From Minisyncoccota bacterium (lineage in GTDB: Bacteria; Patescibacteriota; Minisyncoccia; Phycocordibacterales; CAINVO01): a DNA stretch of 63,953 bases. Of this stretch, positions 1 through 7,619 are shown one piece after another. The position numbers and the translations under genes were made by a program. The notes beneath the pieces were generated by a model. That model saw only the letters and a program-made list of their open reading frames with translations, was not told the origin of the DNA and made no database searches. Positions within the stretch are counted from its first letter, which is position 1. Every line of letters starts with the position of its first letter. The DNA is taken from contig JAQTMP010000001.1 of NCBI GenBank assembly GCA_028714275.1, positions 1-63,953 of the forward strand, in the 5' to 3' direction.

Positions 1-306
1 ATTTATATCATAAGTGCCAAACTTACCAAACGAGACAAACTAGGCCTCCACACTACGGTCGAAGATACTTGTATAGAAATGCTCTCCCTTTCTATAGAAG
101 CTGCATTCAAATCAAAGCTACAAAAGAAAACCGTACTTGAATTCTTGCGAGTAAGAACAGAGGTCCTCAAACACCTTGTTCGCACTGAAAATGAAATCCA
201 TATCCTAGATCTTAAAACATACCTGCGTCTCTCCGAACAAATCGTAGAAATCTCTAAAATGATTAACGGATGGATTACTTATATAACACAAAAGGAGTCT
301 CTATAG
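1..306 (+). CDS. avd: Avd-like four-helix-bundle DGR accessory protein (5' end cut by window edge; frame 1 is open from nt 1)
   Basis: Translation IYIISAKLTKRDKLGLHTTVEDTCIEML...ISKMINGWITYI aligns with the second Avd-like ORF at 56624-57028 (KPHRHSLGLRIDTLFVESM...IGKMLGGWNGQI). It sits immediately next to TR1. Confidence 0.7.
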   Translation: MYIISAKLTKRDKLGLHTTVEDTCIEMLSLSIEAAFKSKLQKKTVLEFLRVRTEVLKHLVRTENEIHILDLKTYLRLSEQIVEISKMINGWITYITQKESL

Positions 307-324
307 ACTCCCCCGTGTAGAAAC

Positions 325-440
325 TTCCGAACGAGCCCCCATGTTGGAGTTCCGATTGCTGGAGTTGTTCCAATTGAACTTGACCTGCGAATTGTTCGGA
401 TTCCAGTTGCCGTTGGCCACATTGCCGGATGGCAAGCGCT
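325..440 (-). repeat. DGR template repeat TR1
   Basis: nt 327-438 align without gaps to 737-848 (offset 410). By hand count there are 23 mismatches, 21 of them at plus-strand T (A on the coding strand). In the target frame TR1 reads RLPSGNVANGNWNPNNSQVKFNWNNSSNRNSNMGARS, rich in AAC/AAT Asn codons. Confidence 0.85.
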
Positions 441-630
441 CATTATTTGTCTTATTTTTTCCATATCGCCAAAAATCGAAAAACTAAAAATAGCTGATCA
501 ATTTTCTGGGTTAACCACGTGGAATATCGTGCATTGTGTAAAATAAGACAAGCAATTTCTTTATAATGGCAAATTGTTATCTATATTACATAGATCAATT
601 TAAAAGCCAAATGTATTATATATAAAAAGG

Positions 631-670
631 AAAGCGTAGACCACAAGTGAGTGTGATCTACGCTTTTTCT
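631..670 (-). terminator. Hairpin downstream of DGR target 1 (10-bp stem aaagcgtaga/tctacgcttt, 16-nt loop) with T-rich flanks on both strands
   Basis: Inverted repeat 631-640/657-666. On the minus strand it is followed by CCTTTTTAT. Confidence 0.45.
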
Positions 671-710
671 TGTCCGAGGACCCAAACTAATGGGGCCAAG
701 GGAACAAGTT

Positions 711-1490
711 TTAAGGTGCAAGCGGAACGGGGATTGCCGAACGAGCCCCCACGCCGGAGCACCGAAAGCTGGAGCTGCTCCGGAAGAACTTGACCTGCGA
801 AGAGTACGGACGCCAGCCGCCGCGGGCCACATCGCCGGATGGCAAGCGGTTATTCGGACACCATGTCCACGTCTCGGGATCCAGGTAGTCTTTCAATACA
901 AGGTAGCGGAGGCCAAAGGCCAAAGCATACCTGCGAAGAGTGAGCCAGATGCGTCCTGTTTCCATGAGCATGTCCGGTGACTTGTTCATGGTATCAAGAC
1001 TGGGACGAAGTGAGTTTTCGATGATGTGTAGAGTCGGCTGCCCAGTGGCCTCCGATCCAGAATAGTTCATCACATCAGTTTCCTCCCACTCATCGATCCC
1101 CTGATCCTTGATTGCCTTTTGCACGGCATCACGGTTGTTCAGAGTGCCAGGATCATAGATGACCATGACGTTCTGCCATGGCAAATCCTCTGGAAATCCG
1201 AATTTCTTTTTCAGGTCCAGACCGCCAGCGACACCGAGGATTTTCTTCGCAAACTTTTCAGCCTGTTTGATTGCCTCGCTGAGGTTGGTTTCCGAGACCT
1301 TGAAGGAGGGGTGTGTGGTGACCTGTTGCTGTTGTCTTGATCCAAAACACCCTTCGATGAGCTCTTGCAAGCCCGCCGAGAGAAGTTGCGGATCAAACGG
1401 ATAACCATTCGGTTGACGGATCTGCCGTTTAAGTTCAAACAGCTGACCATCAACTTTTTGATACATTTCGCCTGTGACAATTGTTGCCAT
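711..1490 (-). CDS. DGR variable (target) protein 1 with C-terminal C-type-lectin-like VR
   Basis: 259-aa ORF. VR1 encodes the last ~40 aa (RLPSGDVARGGWRPYSSQVKFFRSSSSFRCSGVGARS). The TR-encoded NWNN..SN.NSNMGARS resembles the Mtd-type VR ending NSNANIGARG. No N-terminal signal peptide is visible. Confidence 0.85.
   Translation of the reverse strand: MATIVTGEMYQKVDGQLFELKRQIRQPNGYPFDPQLLSAGLQELIEGCFGSRQQQQVTTHPSFKVSETNLSEAIKQAEKFAKKILGVAGGLDLKKKFGFPEDLPWQNVMVIYDPGTLNNRDAVQKAIKDQGIDEWEETDVMNYSGSEATGQPTLHIIENSLRPSLDTMNKSPDMLMETGRIWLTLRRYALAFGLRYLVLKDYLDPETWTWCPNNRLPSGDVARGGWRPYSSQVKFFRSSSSFRCSGVGARSAIPVPLAP
735..850 (-). repeat. DGR variable repeat VR1 (inside the 3' end of the target gene)
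   Basis: Counterpart of TR1. The invariant GC-rich 14-mer GGGGGCTCGTTCGG (coding strand, 737-750) at the VR 3' end is IMH-like. Confidence 0.85.
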
Positions 1491-1722
1491 GACGTTTCCT
1501 TTCTTATTTTATTTATGATTTTTTCTCGAGGATTGCTCGAGATTTTTTAAGGGCTTTGTGCTAGCTAAAAGCGAGCACTCCGCTGACTTGTTTACCTATA
1601 TTATATCACGTTTAATATAAAAAGCAATGGACATTACAGCCCTATATTACTGGCTTATATTTTGTTTTTAAAAAATTTGACTTTAAAAGTGCTAGGTGTA
1701 TTATGTATATGTTTTACATCGA

Positions 1723-1742
1723 GGGCCACCGCAAGGTGGCCC
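1723..1742. terminator. Short GC hairpin (gggccacc-gcaa-ggtggccc) just past the NYN gene stop
   Basis: 8-bp stem and 4-nt loop. T-runs are weak on both sides, so terminator function is uncertain. Confidence 0.3.
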
Positions 1743-1749
1743 TTTGACG

Positions 1750-2295
1750 TTATTCATCTTTTTGAATAAACCCTCTTAGTTTATCTAGGTCGATAAACTT
1801 TACTCGCTGAATAAGTTCAATGGATACATGGTTCCTTGTTGAACACACGAGCACCATTTTCCCTTTAATCTTTAACAGATCGACCAACTGAGCAAAATCT
1901 GAATCTCCTGAAAATAAAATAATATCCCTATAATCCTCCCTCCATCTATAGGCATCGAGAGTCAACTCAACGTCAAGATTTCCTTTCTTTAAAATTCCTC
2001 CATCCCTATTTTGAATAATTTTTAACTCTTTTGAATGAATAATGTATCCTGCATTTTGTAGTATTGTTAAAAAACCTTTTTGCTTAGTGTCTTCTGGTGA
2101 AACTCCTGTATAAAAATGGGTAGCAGAGACTATATAGCCAGCTTGTTTTGCTTCAGCTTTTAAATATTCAATAAGTTTTATGTAGTCGACTTTCCAGCCT
2201 AATGTTTTTTGAGAATGATAGATGTTTGAGGCATCTATAAAAACAGCTAGGTCTCCTTTGATGTATTCGTGTATCATGCACACAACAATACACAC
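1750..2295 (-). CDS. NYN/LabA-like (DUF88) domain protein
   Basis: DLAVFIDASNIYH...GNLDVELTLD...ILFSGDSDF pattern typical of NYN/LabA nucleases. The start is probably M7 at 2277. Confidence 0.7.
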   Translation of the reverse strand: MCIVVCMIHEYIKGDLAVFIDASNIYHSQKTLGWKVDYIKLIEYLKAEAKQAGYIVSATHFYTGVSPEDTKQKGFLTILQNAGYIIHSKELKIIQNRDGGILKKGNLDVELTLDAYRWREDYRDIILFSGDSDFAQLVDLLKIKGKMVLVCSTRNHVSIELIQRVKFIDLDKLRGFIQKDE

Positions 2296-2330
2296 CTGAT
2301 CCTCTATTTATATAAATAAAAGATAAATTT

Positions 2331-5078
2331 TTACACAATTTTCACTTCCTCCTTTTTGTACTTTTTCAACACTTCTTCCTCAACTTCTTCCCGAGCACGA
2401 CCAAATTTTAGATACGAAAGCTCTTTTAGCTTGTCCACTAGCTCTGGACGGCCTTTCGGAGGAAAACCGGCCTTTTCAATATTAAATGGACGAGTAGGGC
2501 GACCGTCAACAAGAAGCCGCAGGTATGCATTGTGATTGTCGATATTCATAATATCTTGCGCCGTGAAAACTGGTTCAAATTGCTTAGCCAGAAACTCGGC
2601 ATCATCAGAACCAACACGGTAGACTGCCATCGAGCCGACGTTGCCAAAAACGGAATCTTTGATTTTTTCATCGAGCTGAGCGATAAACTGATGGGCAATA
2701 GTGAGGGAAAGTTTATATTTGCGAGCTTCGGAAAGAATAGTAGAGATGGAATCGGTAGTAATGTTTTGAAACTCATCAATGTACAAATAAAATGGAGGCA
2801 ACGCCGCCTTTCCAAAAGAATCCACGCGGGAAAGAGCAGCCATCAAAATTTTGCCGACAAGAATGAGACCAATGAGGTTGGAGTTGATCGCTCCAAGACG
2901 GCCCTTAGAAAGATTGACCAGCAGGATTTTCTTTTTGTCCATAATATCTCTAAAATCAAAGGCGGAATGTTCCTGAGCAATAATAGGGCGCATGATTTCA
3001 TTGGCCAAAAAGACGTCGAATTTACTGGTGATATATGGCACCATATTTTGAAGAGCGCCCTCCCCTCCAGCTTTTTCCGCGATTTCTCGCCAAAACTGGA
3101 CCACCACCGGATTTTTGCAACGAGCAATTTTGAGATCGCGAAAACTTTTAACGGCCATCACGCGAGACACATCGAGTAATGTGTTGCCGCTCTCAGGATC
3201 TTCGATGACGAGCATTGTGGCATTACGGAAATACTGCTCAAACATCGGACCCATAGACTCAGGCACGGCGCCATAAAGTTTTTGAAAAATACTGAAAAGC
3301 TCATTGACCACAAAAGTTTTCTGCTCCGGAAAATCAAGATTGTATTCGAGCATGTTGAGACCCATTGGGCGAGCAGTGTGGGCAGGATCAAAATAAATCA
3401 CATCTTCATAGCGCTCGGGTGGAATGTTAGCTAAAATATCCTGAACGTCTGAACCGTGCGGATCAATAAAACACACCCCCTCTCCGTTTTTGATATCCTG
3501 GATGATCATATTCTTGAGTAGCGTCGTTTTACCCGTACCTGTCTGACCGATGACATACATATGACGCAAACGATCTTCAGGAGCAATATATATAGGGGTC
3601 TCAAGATTGCGATGCTTGTTGATGCCGAGCAAAATACCTTCGGTGGGCAGACCGAGCGGTGCGGAGGCGGTGCCCGCCTTTGACTGCTTGAGCTGAGGAG
3701 ACGAGGTCACACTTTCCCCTGGAAAGTGCATCAATGAAGTGATTTCCTGCAAGGACAAAGGCATGGCTGAAACCTCTTCAAAGGAACGAAAGGAAAAATC
3801 TCGGATCACTTTTTTCAAGTCCGCAGGACGCTCCGCTCGTTTGAATTTTAAGGTGTTGCCCAGCGTATTTTCAAACTGATTGAAAGAAGACTCTATGTCT
3901 GTCAAAATATCCGCCGCGCGGGCCCGGTTTTCGGCTGAGGCGAGGATGCGGATGTTGGCTTCGACGATCGGGGTGCTGATTTTTAATTTTATATTTTCTA
4001 CTGCAATTTCATCGACAACTTGAGGTTTTTCTTTATCTTTTTCTTTAGGCCCCTTGATCAAGTCTTTCATCAAATCCGCCCCGACCTTGCTAAACTCACC
4101 CAAAAAAGTATGCCTTATATCAATGGCCTTTTTGGTGGACACGCCTTTAGTGATTTCTTTAAGGGCCTCTTTGTAACGGCCAACATAATAAGCCCCTCGA
4201 GGATTTATGACAATTTGGATAGAGGCCCCCTCACCGTCCTTTTTGAGCTTTGAAAGAGTGTTGAGGATGACGTTGAGAGGATCATAGTCAAACTGTTCGT
4301 AGGTCTTGATAGGAAAAATAGGATTTTTTGCTTGAGTAGCAAATGAGCCAAGGGCAATCCCAGCTGGATTGAAGATATTGTAGTCATTTTTCTGCTCGAT
4401 CAGCTTGGCGTCCGGAAAAATAGAGAGGATTTGCTTTTCAAAAAGCGCCGCTTTTTCATCTGGCACCGAAACATAAAAAATAAATTCATGGCTTCCTTCT
4501 CGGACGGCAAGCTCGATCGAAAAATGGTCGTCTCGCGCCCGCGTCTCAACTGAAAGCATGCCGGCATAAAACTGCTCCATTGAGGAAATAAGCTCCTTGA
4601 GCTGTTTTGATTGCTCCTCCTTTTTTACTTCAGGCAAGGCTACTTCAAAAAGAGTGTGCCTAAGCGATTTAGAAAAGGGCGTGCCCTCTTTTAGCCCAGC
4701 GACAGGAAAACCTTTTTTGATGTACTCAACCAAAAAACGATGAAAATCATCCTCGAGATGTGGGTTGTTCATCCCCTCAATCACTGAAAGGACATTCATG
4801 ACGCCTTTCTCATAAAGAATATGCAGCAAAGCCTCAATCTGCTTGTCGTGAGGCTCAGGTGAAAGGTCAAGCACAATCTCATCACGGCTCTGCTCAGGAA
4901 TCTTGAAGGATTCATGAAGGACCTCTGAAGGCTCTGCTGCACGATAGGTCTTCACTTGATGCTTGATCACATGCTCAAGCTTATTTTCGACACCCTGCTC
5001 ATTGAGGGCACGCTCTTTGGCCGCGACTTGTTCGCGTAAATATGTCAGCTCTTCTTGAGGTGAAGAAAACTTTTCCAT
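2331..5078 (-). CDS. Large P-loop ATPase, TraD/VirD4/HerA-FtsK-like (type IV secretion DNA-binding-domain-type)
   Basis: Walker A GQTGTGKTTLL and Walker B-like FYLYIDEFQN in the C-terminal half of a 915-aa ORF. The N-terminal half is unassigned. Confidence 0.65.
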   Translation of the reverse strand: MEKFSSPQEELTYLREQVAAKERALNEQGVENKLEHVIKHQVKTYRAAEPSEVLHESFKIPEQSRDEIVLDLSPEPHDKQIEALLHILYEKGVMNVLSVIEGMNNPHLEDDFHRFLVEYIKKGFPVAGLKEGTPFSKSLRHTLFEVALPEVKKEEQSKQLKELISSMEQFYAGMLSVETRARDDHFSIELAVREGSHEFIFYVSVPDEKAALFEKQILSIFPDAKLIEQKNDYNIFNPAGIALGSFATQAKNPIFPIKTYEQFDYDPLNVILNTLSKLKKDGEGASIQIVINPRGAYYVGRYKEALKEITKGVSTKKAIDIRHTFLGEFSKVGADLMKDLIKGPKEKDKEKPQVVDEIAVENIKLKISTPIVEANIRILASAENRARAADILTDIESSFNQFENTLGNTLKFKRAERPADLKKVIRDFSFRSFEEVSAMPLSLQEITSLMHFPGESVTSSPQLKQSKAGTASAPLGLPTEGILLGINKHRNLETPIYIAPEDRLRHMYVIGQTGTGKTTLLKNMIIQDIKNGEGVCFIDPHGSDVQDILANIPPERYEDVIYFDPAHTARPMGLNMLEYNLDFPEQKTFVVNELFSIFQKLYGAVPESMGPMFEQYFRNATMLVIEDPESGNTLLDVSRVMAVKSFRDLKIARCKNPVVVQFWREIAEKAGGEGALQNMVPYITSKFDVFLANEIMRPIIAQEHSAFDFRDIMDKKKILLVNLSKGRLGAINSNLIGLILVGKILMAALSRVDSFGKAALPPFYLYIDEFQNITTDSISTILSEARKYKLSLTIAHQFIAQLDEKIKDSVFGNVGSMAVYRVGSDDAEFLAKQFEPVFTAQDIMNIDNHNAYLRLLVDGRPTRPFNIEKAGFPPKGRPELVDKLKELSYLKFGRAREEVEEEVLKKYKKEEVKIV

Positions 5079-5086
5079 GAGCTACA

Positions 5087-5812
5087 TTATATACCTCCTT
5101 TGTACTCTTCGTAAGCGACTTTGAAGGGTAGGTTTCTCTCAGCGTATTTTTCGGTTTTTTCAGGATATTGTTCAAAAAAGGCTTTGTATTTTTCTGAAAC
5201 GGCTCTAGCCTTTTTGGACCTCATCTCGTTAAAATTGTTGCCCACAAAGTCTCCATCGTTGATTTCTTTGATTTGGCCCTCCAATTTTTTGACAGCTGGA
5301 TCCTTTTTATAATCTTCATAGACCCGAACTCTTTCAGCCTCGTCATACTCAGCCGCCTCTGTTGGAAAACGTTCTGAAAATATTTCAAAGGCGCGTTCCC
5401 TGCCGCTTTTGACCCTTTTACCATTAACTACGCCATTTTCCATGTAATTGTGAAGGTCCACCTCTCGATTGGGCGCATCCCCAAGGAGCTGTTCCCAGCT
5501 ATATTGAAGCTCCTGCAAAATAGATTCGAAACGCGAGTCCTGCTCTATGTATTTTAGAGTCTCCCGGGCTTCTTTTTTTTGGCCGGCTTTCTCACTTCCC
5601 TCCTCAAAATCTGGGAAAAGAGCCAGCTCTAAGCGCAAATTTTGCAAACGTTTCGCCTCTCGCTCGACGTGGGGATTGACTCTTTTATTTTGAGCAATTA
5701 AAATAGCCTCCCCCAACGGAGCTTGTCTCATTTTTTCGATTTTACCGATTTCGCTCTTTGGAATTTCTTCTTGAAGATTTTCGGAATTTTCCGGAGATTT
5801 CAAACTGTTCAT
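5087..5812 (-). CDS. Hypothetical protein (charged, Glu/Lys-rich)
   Basis: 241-aa ORF co-oriented with and abutting its neighbours. No motif recognised. Confidence 0.45.
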   Translation of the reverse strand: MNSLKSPENSENLQEEIPKSEIGKIEKMRQAPLGEAILIAQNKRVNPHVEREAKRLQNLRLELALFPDFEEGSEKAGQKKEARETLKYIEQDSRFESILQELQYSWEQLLGDAPNREVDLHNYMENGVVNGKRVKSGRERAFEIFSERFPTEAAEYDEAERVRVYEDYKKDPAVKKLEGQIKEINDGDFVGNNFNEMRSKKARAVSEKYKAFFEQYPEKTEKYAERNLPFKVAYEEYKGGI

Positions 5813-5819
5813 GTCTAAA

Positions 5820-6593
5820 TTATAGCACAGTCAAAATTTCTGGGCCTTTTTCGGTGATAACAATAGTGTGTTCGAACTGAGCGCTACGCTTACCATCGGC
5901 TGTTCGATAGGTGTAACCATCACTATCCATAGTAGCGCGAGGGGTACCTTCATTGATGATCGGCTCCACGGCTATGACCATGCCAGGTTTGAGAGCGGGA
6001 CCTTGACCTTTTTTGCCAATATTTGGCACAAAAGGGTCTTCATGTACTTCATAGCCCACTCCATGTCCGCCTAGATTTTCGGCGATACCAAACTTGCTGT
6101 TTTTTTTGACAAAACTTTCAATAGCGAGGCCAATGTCACCGGTGCGGGCGCCCACCTGTGAGGCTTTGATGCCAGCGGCCAAGGCCCCCCGCGTGACGTC
6201 CATGAGCTTTTGGGCGCCCGCGTCTACCTTTCCAACCCCGACAGTCGTGGCGCTATCCACAATCATGTTTTGATACGAAATACCCATGTCCAGAGTGACG
6301 ACGTCGCCCGTTTTCAAGATCCGAGGCCTTTCATTTGGAATACCATGTACAATTTCATCATTGATGGAGACGCAAATGCTTGCAGGATAGGGACGATCGG
6401 CACCATATGGTTGATAATTTAGAAAAACTGGAACCGATTTATATTTTTTACAAAGTTCATTGGCCTTATCATCAATTTCCTTGGTAGAAATACCCTCCAC
6501 AGTTGTCTCTGATAGTTCCTTTAAAATTTGAGCTAGGATTTTCCCTGCCTTTCGGAGTTTTGCGATATCTTCGGGTGTTTTGATAGTAATCAT
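5820..6593 (-). CDS. map: Type I methionine aminopeptidase
   Basis: ICVSINDEIVHGIP, VTLDMG, GHGVGYEVHEDP and EHTIVIT motifs. Canonical position after adk. Confidence 0.95.
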   Translation of the reverse strand: MITIKTPEDIAKLRKAGKILAQILKELSETTVEGISTKEIDDKANELCKKYKSVPVFLNYQPYGADRPYPASICVSINDEIVHGIPNERPRILKTGDVVTLDMGISYQNMIVDSATTVGVGKVDAGAQKLMDVTRGALAAGIKASQVGARTGDIGLAIESFVKKNSKFGIAENLGGHGVGYEVHEDPFVPNIGKKGQGPALKPGMVIAVEPIINEGTPRATMDSDGYTYRTADGKRSAQFEHTIVITEKGPEILTVL

Positions 6594-6605
6594 TGGCTCA
6601 AGGTG

Positions 6606-7262
6606 TTAGATGCGAGAATTGATTTCGTTGATCAAATCACGCTGCACTTTCTCGACTGGCTGTTCGCCATTTATGTGTAAAAAATGATAATTCTCATTTT
6701 CCTTAAAATAATTGATAGCTGGAATAACATCCCGCTGGTACCAGTCTAGGCGTTTCTCAATCATGGCAATATCAATATCGTCCTCACGCCCCCGCGAAAG
6801 CAGGTGCTTACGCGACCATTCGCGACTAACATCCAGGTAAACCACAAAGGGCATTTCTCTTTTATAAAACCTCATGGCTGTATCCAAAATAACCGCTTCC
6901 TCATGAGAACGGGGTGACCCATCGATAATTAGCTGATCTTTAGGGTTGAATTCTCTGATCAAAAGATTGGACCACATCCAGATGGCTAAAAAATCTGGCT
7001 GGCGATTTCCTAAAGCTGACACTTCACTAGCCAATTTATTGGACGAACCCTTTTCGGACATAAAACTCCGGAAATGTAAGCCTGTCTCCAGGTAATACAC
7101 ACTTGTTTGGTTTTCAGGCGCAACAACCTCTCCCGTCTCCTTTTCCATAGCCTCAATCGCTATCTTGTCCTGTTTTATTAAGTGCTCCTTTAGAAGCTCC
7201 GCCTGCGTGCCCTTACCACAGCCTGAGCGGCCTATAAAAATAAAGGTCTGGGGTTGTTTCAT
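6606..7262 (-). CDS. adk: Adenylate kinase-like NMP kinase
   Basis: P-loop FIFIGRSGCGKGTQAELL. Position is after secY. The track ORF extends to 7361, but the ATG at 7262 (MKQPQTFIF...) avoids running into hairpin element A1. Confidence 0.8.
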   Translation of the reverse strand: MKQPQTFIFIGRSGCGKGTQAELLKEHLIKQDKIAIEAMEKETGEVVAPENQTSVYYLETGLHFRSFMSEKGSSNKLASEVSALGNRQPDFLAIWMWSNLLIREFNPKDQLIIDGSPRSHEEAVILDTAMRFYKREMPFVVYLDVSREWSRKHLLSRGREDDIDIAMIEKRLDWYQRDVIPAINYFKENENYHFLHINGEQPVEKVQRDLINEINSRI

Positions 7263-7290
7263 AGGGCTATTATACAGAAATGGAGAAAAA

Positions 7291-7408
7291 TTGGTACCCA
7301 GAAGTAAAGACTTTTTGGAGACACGGAAAATTTTTGCTAAAATTTTCCTTGTCCTCGCCAACGCTTTGGCTGCGGGGTCTCCAAAAAGTCTTTACTTCTG
7401 GGTACCAA
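7291..7408. repeat. Hairpin element family A, copy 1 (perfect 32-bp stem, 54-nt conserved core)
   Basis: Arms 7291-7322 and 7377-7408 are exact reverse complements. The core plus the TTTTTGGAGAC/GTCTCCAAAAA inner arms recur, inverted, at 13149-13251. Confidence 0.85.
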
Positions 7409-7544
7409 TATTCTATCTTATTGACAGATTATCGGCTGATTTGTTAGTATACTTTCACATACAGAGAATCAAGTGATTCCCTGCCGGCCCCGCCCACAAG
7501 GCGGGGAATATTTATTTATAAAAGCAATTTTAAAAATAAAATAA

Positions 7545-7618
7545 AATTCTCCAAAAGACCTTTAGAACGGGTTAGCGAGTCTTCGAGCGCTTTAGTGAGA
7601 AAGGTCTTTTGGAGAATT
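7545..7618. repeat. Hairpin element family B, copy 1 (perfect 19-bp stem, 36-nt loop with conserved core)
   Basis: Arms are 7545-7563 and 7600-7618. The loop core gaacgggttagcgagtcttcgagcgctttagtga recurs at 24360-24393 with 1 mismatch. It ends 1 nt from the secY stop codon. Confidence 0.85.
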
Positions 7619-7619
7619 T

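Larger units (their letters stand above)
1..1490 (-). mobile_element. DGR cassette 1 (target/VR1 - TR1 - inverted avd); the cognate RT is expected just upstream of nt 1 by analogy with cassette 2
   Basis: TR1/VR1 pair with adenine-biased mismatches plus an adjacent Avd-like ORF. Gene order matches the complete cassette at 55.6-58.2 kb. Confidence 0.8.

Noticed and set aside
279-464. 61-aa minus-strand ORF covering TR1; similar ORFs are 581..832, 690..980 and 56987..57175 over VR1 and TR2, and 57455..57823 over VR2
   Set aside because: These are reading frames through DGR repeats or their GC-rich surroundings. The frame that makes AAC/AAT codons align with variable residues belongs to the long target ORFs (711..1490 and 57552..58244). 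TR copies need not be translated.
7165-7476. 103-aa plus-strand ORF, and the 65-aa ORF 13037..13234, both containing ANALAAGSPK
   Set aside because: The shared peptide is simply the translated family A hairpin core. The ORFs are antisense to adk or lie in non-coding spacer, and have no start context.
7291-7618. Interpretation of hairpin families A-D as integron attC sites, MITEs, CRISPR repeats or known self-cleaving ribozymes
   Set aside because: attC sites and MITEs have conserved ends and variable interiors, whereas here the interior is conserved and the stems are private. There are no flanking direct repeats (target-site duplications). There is no regular repeat-spacer periodicity. None of the cores contains the hammerhead CUGAUGA...GAAA core on either strand, and I could not fit twister, pistol or HDV-like consensus features. 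They remain unclassified.
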